From the NCBI GenBank assembly GCA_023334545.1, contig JAADVB010000069.1, positions 10,599 through 74,598 of the forward strand: a DNA stretch of 64,000 nucleotides, in the 5' to 3' direction. Under the pieces are notes generated by a model. It searched no databases, had not been told where the DNA came from, and was given only the letters and a program-made list of their open reading frames with translations. Shown here piece after piece: positions 60,488-64,000 of the stretch. The stretch's first letter is position 1. Each line of letters opens with the position of its first letter. This stretch comes from Salisapilia sapeloensis CBS 127946. Lineage: Eukaryota > Protista > Oomycota. A program made the position numbers and the translations under genes.

Positions 60488-62112
60488 CTACAGCATGGCT
60501 AACAAGTTCTCTACGAACTCTGCTGCATCCACTTTCTGCTCCGGATCCAATTCATTATTCTCTGCCCAATCGACCAAAATATCTCGTACGACGCTTTCTA
60601 CTTGTGCTGTACGGAAGGTGTCTTGACAAGCTGGTAGTTGCCGCTGCATCACATCCATCAGCTCTAGAGCATGGCTTGGACTCACACTCTTTCCCTATTC
60701 ATACACGTTAGATAATATGCATTCGCTTCTACTTGCGCCCACGTACATGAGAGACGAAGAAAGTCGCGATACGCTGACACCATTCAGTCGACTGCAAGGT
60801 CTGTCGTAAGCTGTCATGAGACTCTATTTGCTCTTGCTCTCCATTCTGCTCCAGCTCCATCAGCAAGTCATGGACTAACAAGGCAGCTTTGAGCTGGACA
60901 TTAGACGGGTGCGTATCGTCCATTAGCTGGCTGATAGCCTGTGGTCCGTCGTGAAGAGTGAAGAGCTTCTGGCCTATTGGATTAAATCGCACCAAAGAAG
61001 ACAAAGCGTACAACGCCTTGCGTTTCACATCCAATACTTCTTCCTGCTCTTGTCCATCCCCTTGTTGCGTATAAGGTAGTCGTACCGACTCAACTAGTTT
61101 TGGGATAATTCCAATTGCGATGGCCGAGTCCTGTGCTTCCCTAAAGTTTTTCACGGCTGTACCAATGACCCATGCAGCATTCGCTCGGATAGGCAAGTTG
61201 GACGAATTCAAGAGATCCATAATGAAATCGAAACCACCCACAAATGAAAAGACACGCGTCTTGTCAACGTCCTGAACTTCCCACTCCATCACTTCCAGAA
61301 GATTCAACTGGTCTTGCGTGCTCTGATTCTGTTCCGCTTCACGGAATTGATTGATGAGTTTCTCCATGTAGTGAGAGTCATCCTGCATCGCATCAATGGC
61401 GGCTTGGAGGTCTGCTTGACGCTGCTTCCACAGACGGATGATCTCTAGGCGGAACTCTTGTGGCGATAGCTTTTCATACGCTTCATACAGATCCATGCCT
61501 TCCACCTTTGGAGGCTCAGGAAGAGCCTGAAGTGTCTCATAAATCTTTTCATGATTTAAACTATCGTCTGGATTTTTGAGCTCTTCGCTTGTAGTATCAG
61601 TGGTGTCATCAGAAGCGTGGTCATCCTCTTCTTCTTGGCTGTTTGAGCCCGGCTCGACCACGTCTGTATTGCCTTCGACGTCCGTGACAACCGTGATGCT
61701 CTTGTCATTAATAGATGCTTCTTGCGATGGCTCTTCAGCAGTAGACGTGACTTCATCGTCATCGTTCGGGTCAAGCAGCTTTGCTTCCTTCTTCCCAGTC
61801 TCCAAATTCATGCGTACATGTAGCCCCTATGTTATTAAAGCCAACGAAATTTATTAAATAATCGCACAATGGGAAACAGCTAATAGTTTGACAGCATACA
61901 ATTGGAATGCCTTGTCCTGGTAATACTTCTTTCCATTCATTCGTCGCAACAAACTCTGGAATGGGTTCGTTTGCATGCTCTTGTTCATTGTACACGCTGT
62001 CCTGAGCTTCGAGATCCACATTGCCATGCTCAGTTGATACTACTGGTGAGCATGCAACAAGAAAGATAGCTGCAATGCAGCCTAGCACTAGAAATCGGTG
62101 GCGAATGGCCAT
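60488..62112 (-). CDS. SIL1: ER nucleotide exchange factor SIL1 (3 exons)
   Basis: Signal peptide; [35 protein letters not shown] signature; ARM region DVDKTRVFSFVGG, AAWVIGTAVKN and KRKALYALSSLVR. Confidence 0.88.
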
Positions 62113-62600
62113 CTTCCACTTGGAATCTGCTTTGTTGTTCGCTTTGTGATCGATAGTGCGTTAGTGCGACTTTGGCGCCACATTCTGCACAAGGCACATT
62201 CGAGAAACTCGTCGGCGAAGGCCACGTGGATAGCCCGATCTAAGAATACATGGATTCTTTCAATCAAAGATACCCGATTATCTAGAGTACACTAACGAAG
62301 AGCAAAGTGTAGTACTGAGGCAGAAGCTCCGTATTAAGTATATGGCAGTAGTTTTGACATGAGTTTCTACTTTGTGGTTTAGAAACCTTTATCCAAAGTC
62401 ATCTACCCGACCTACTACTAGCATCATGGCAACAATCGACATCCATGTCACGAATCTGTATGCGGTAAGGTGCATCCATGCACATCAAGCAGTCTACCTT
62501 CGTACTTGGCCTACAAGCTGATCCATATTAATAGCGACGCATATACTTCAACTAGTGCAAATAAATCGAGCAATTGACAACGAAACATTTTCAAGTCGAA

Positions 62601-63751
62601 ATGCTACCGCATCTAGCCACAGCGAGCGGTCTGCCGGAGGCTACCAATGTCTCTGAAGCTCACAGCAATGCTCAGATTCCCTATAGCTCATTGCCAGATC
62701 CATATGCTGGACTTCGAGTCAATAAACTTGATGCGAGCATCCTAGATACGGAAATTCTATCCCTATTGCAGGAACCAGCAAAGTCCATGTTTTCCATGTT
62801 TCCCCCAGGCACAGCAGATCGAGTTCAACCAGAGCTTCAAGCTGCTCTATCAGCTCTCTTCTTCTACTTCACTACTGGAAGACGAAAAGTATGTTTCTAC
62901 AGCTATCGTATCTAGCGATCTCTTCTAAAGGTTTTGTGATAGCCGACGCCTGGCATGCGGTTAGAAAACATTCAATACGTTTCAACGTCACTTACGAAAG
63001 AGAAACTCACTTCTCTATTTCTATTGAGCATTGCCTTGCCTTACGTTTGGAAACGGACGATGCGGTATCTGTCCACAACTTATCAGACAGCCGAGTCTTC
63101 CACGTCGTCTCGTTGGGAAGTGATACGCCCAACACTTTTAAAGTCGATGAATCGACTAGAGACATTCACCACTGCTTGTCGGCTACTAAACCTGCTCTTA
63201 TTTCTGAAAAATGGGGGCTTCCGATCCCTCTCGGAACGTCTTCTCAACATACCAATGGTACTCGATTTCTTGCTGACGTTTATAAGATGGGCTGACGATA
63301 AGCTATTAGACCAACTTGTCTGTGTCGACGAAACCTCGAGCTATTAACTTTGAGTACATGACGCGACACCTTTTATGGGCTGGACTATTAGAATTGGGCA
63401 ACTGTGTTGTCCCACTACTTGCGTGGGGTGGATCCAGAGTCCAAAAGACATTCGCCATCGGCTCAGAGCAAGCACCGAATGTCGGCCAATGTGCTTTGTG
63501 TGGCCTCTCTCCTCCAAACGTAATATTATTGTATACACTAAAACATGCATGAGCTAATGAACACATACAGACTCCGTACATTACGTCGTGCAAGCACGTC
63601 TACTGCTACTACTGCCTACAGACCGCAGTCGCAACCGACGACAGCTTTAAGTACGTCTAATTCCTTTGTCCATTTAACCACTACTAACTGTCCTTGTAGA
63701 TGTGTCGTCTGCAACGTTCAGTTCGATACATCCCACCCTCTGCGAACATGA
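62601..63751 (+). CDS. PEX2: Peroxin-2 RING peroxin (multi-exon)
   Basis: LRVNKLDASILDTE, QPELQAAL, TPGMRLENIQY, FRSLSERLL and NFEYMTRHLLW; the spliced RING reads CALCG...CKHVYCYYCL...CVVC. Confidence 0.9.
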
Positions 63752-63855
63752 ATATACAAGCATTTCAATACACTTCAACGCATTTACTCACATACTTTGC
63801 TCGCATTAACAGTACACCAAAATAAATCGTACGATTTTTCTTATCTACGGAGTAC

Positions 63856-64000
<145 letters not shown>

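Overview
This is eukaryotic nuclear DNA from a compact, gene-dense genome with many short GT-AG introns (mapped examples are 49-71 nt). An oomycete or close stramenopile relative is the best inference: INR+FPR core-promoter motifs, an oomycete-type myosin N-terminus, an H+-PPase and a flagellar CFAP57-like gene are all present. About 29 protein-coding genes were reconstructed, most as head-to-head or tail-to-tail pairs with very short spacers. Most are housekeeping genes: TTL, COG1, COG2, VPS54, IMP4, mitochondrial GluRS, UBL5, SmE, CCDC25, neurochondrin, carnitine acyltransferase, GNB1L/ASA1, OXR1-like, SIL1, PEX2 and histone H3. No rRNA, tRNA, CRISPR array or intact transposon was seen. Four things stand out. 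(1) An intronless 879-aa protein fuses a degenerate phosphopantothenate-cysteine ligase (PPCS) domain, a class-3 lipase and duplicated zinc knuckles (54991-57630). (2) A kinase gene whose spliced 5' exons, not joined in the ORF track, give a tandem ADF-H + ADF-H + ubiquitin-like + TKL kinase architecture (25474-28500). (3) Intronless bacterial-type enzymes carry secretory-pathway anchors: a DUF5117/EcxA-type metzincin and a WbpP-like sugar epimerase. (4) Two ORF-poor islands, one with a possible structured RNA. All assignments come from motif recognition by eye; no database search was run.
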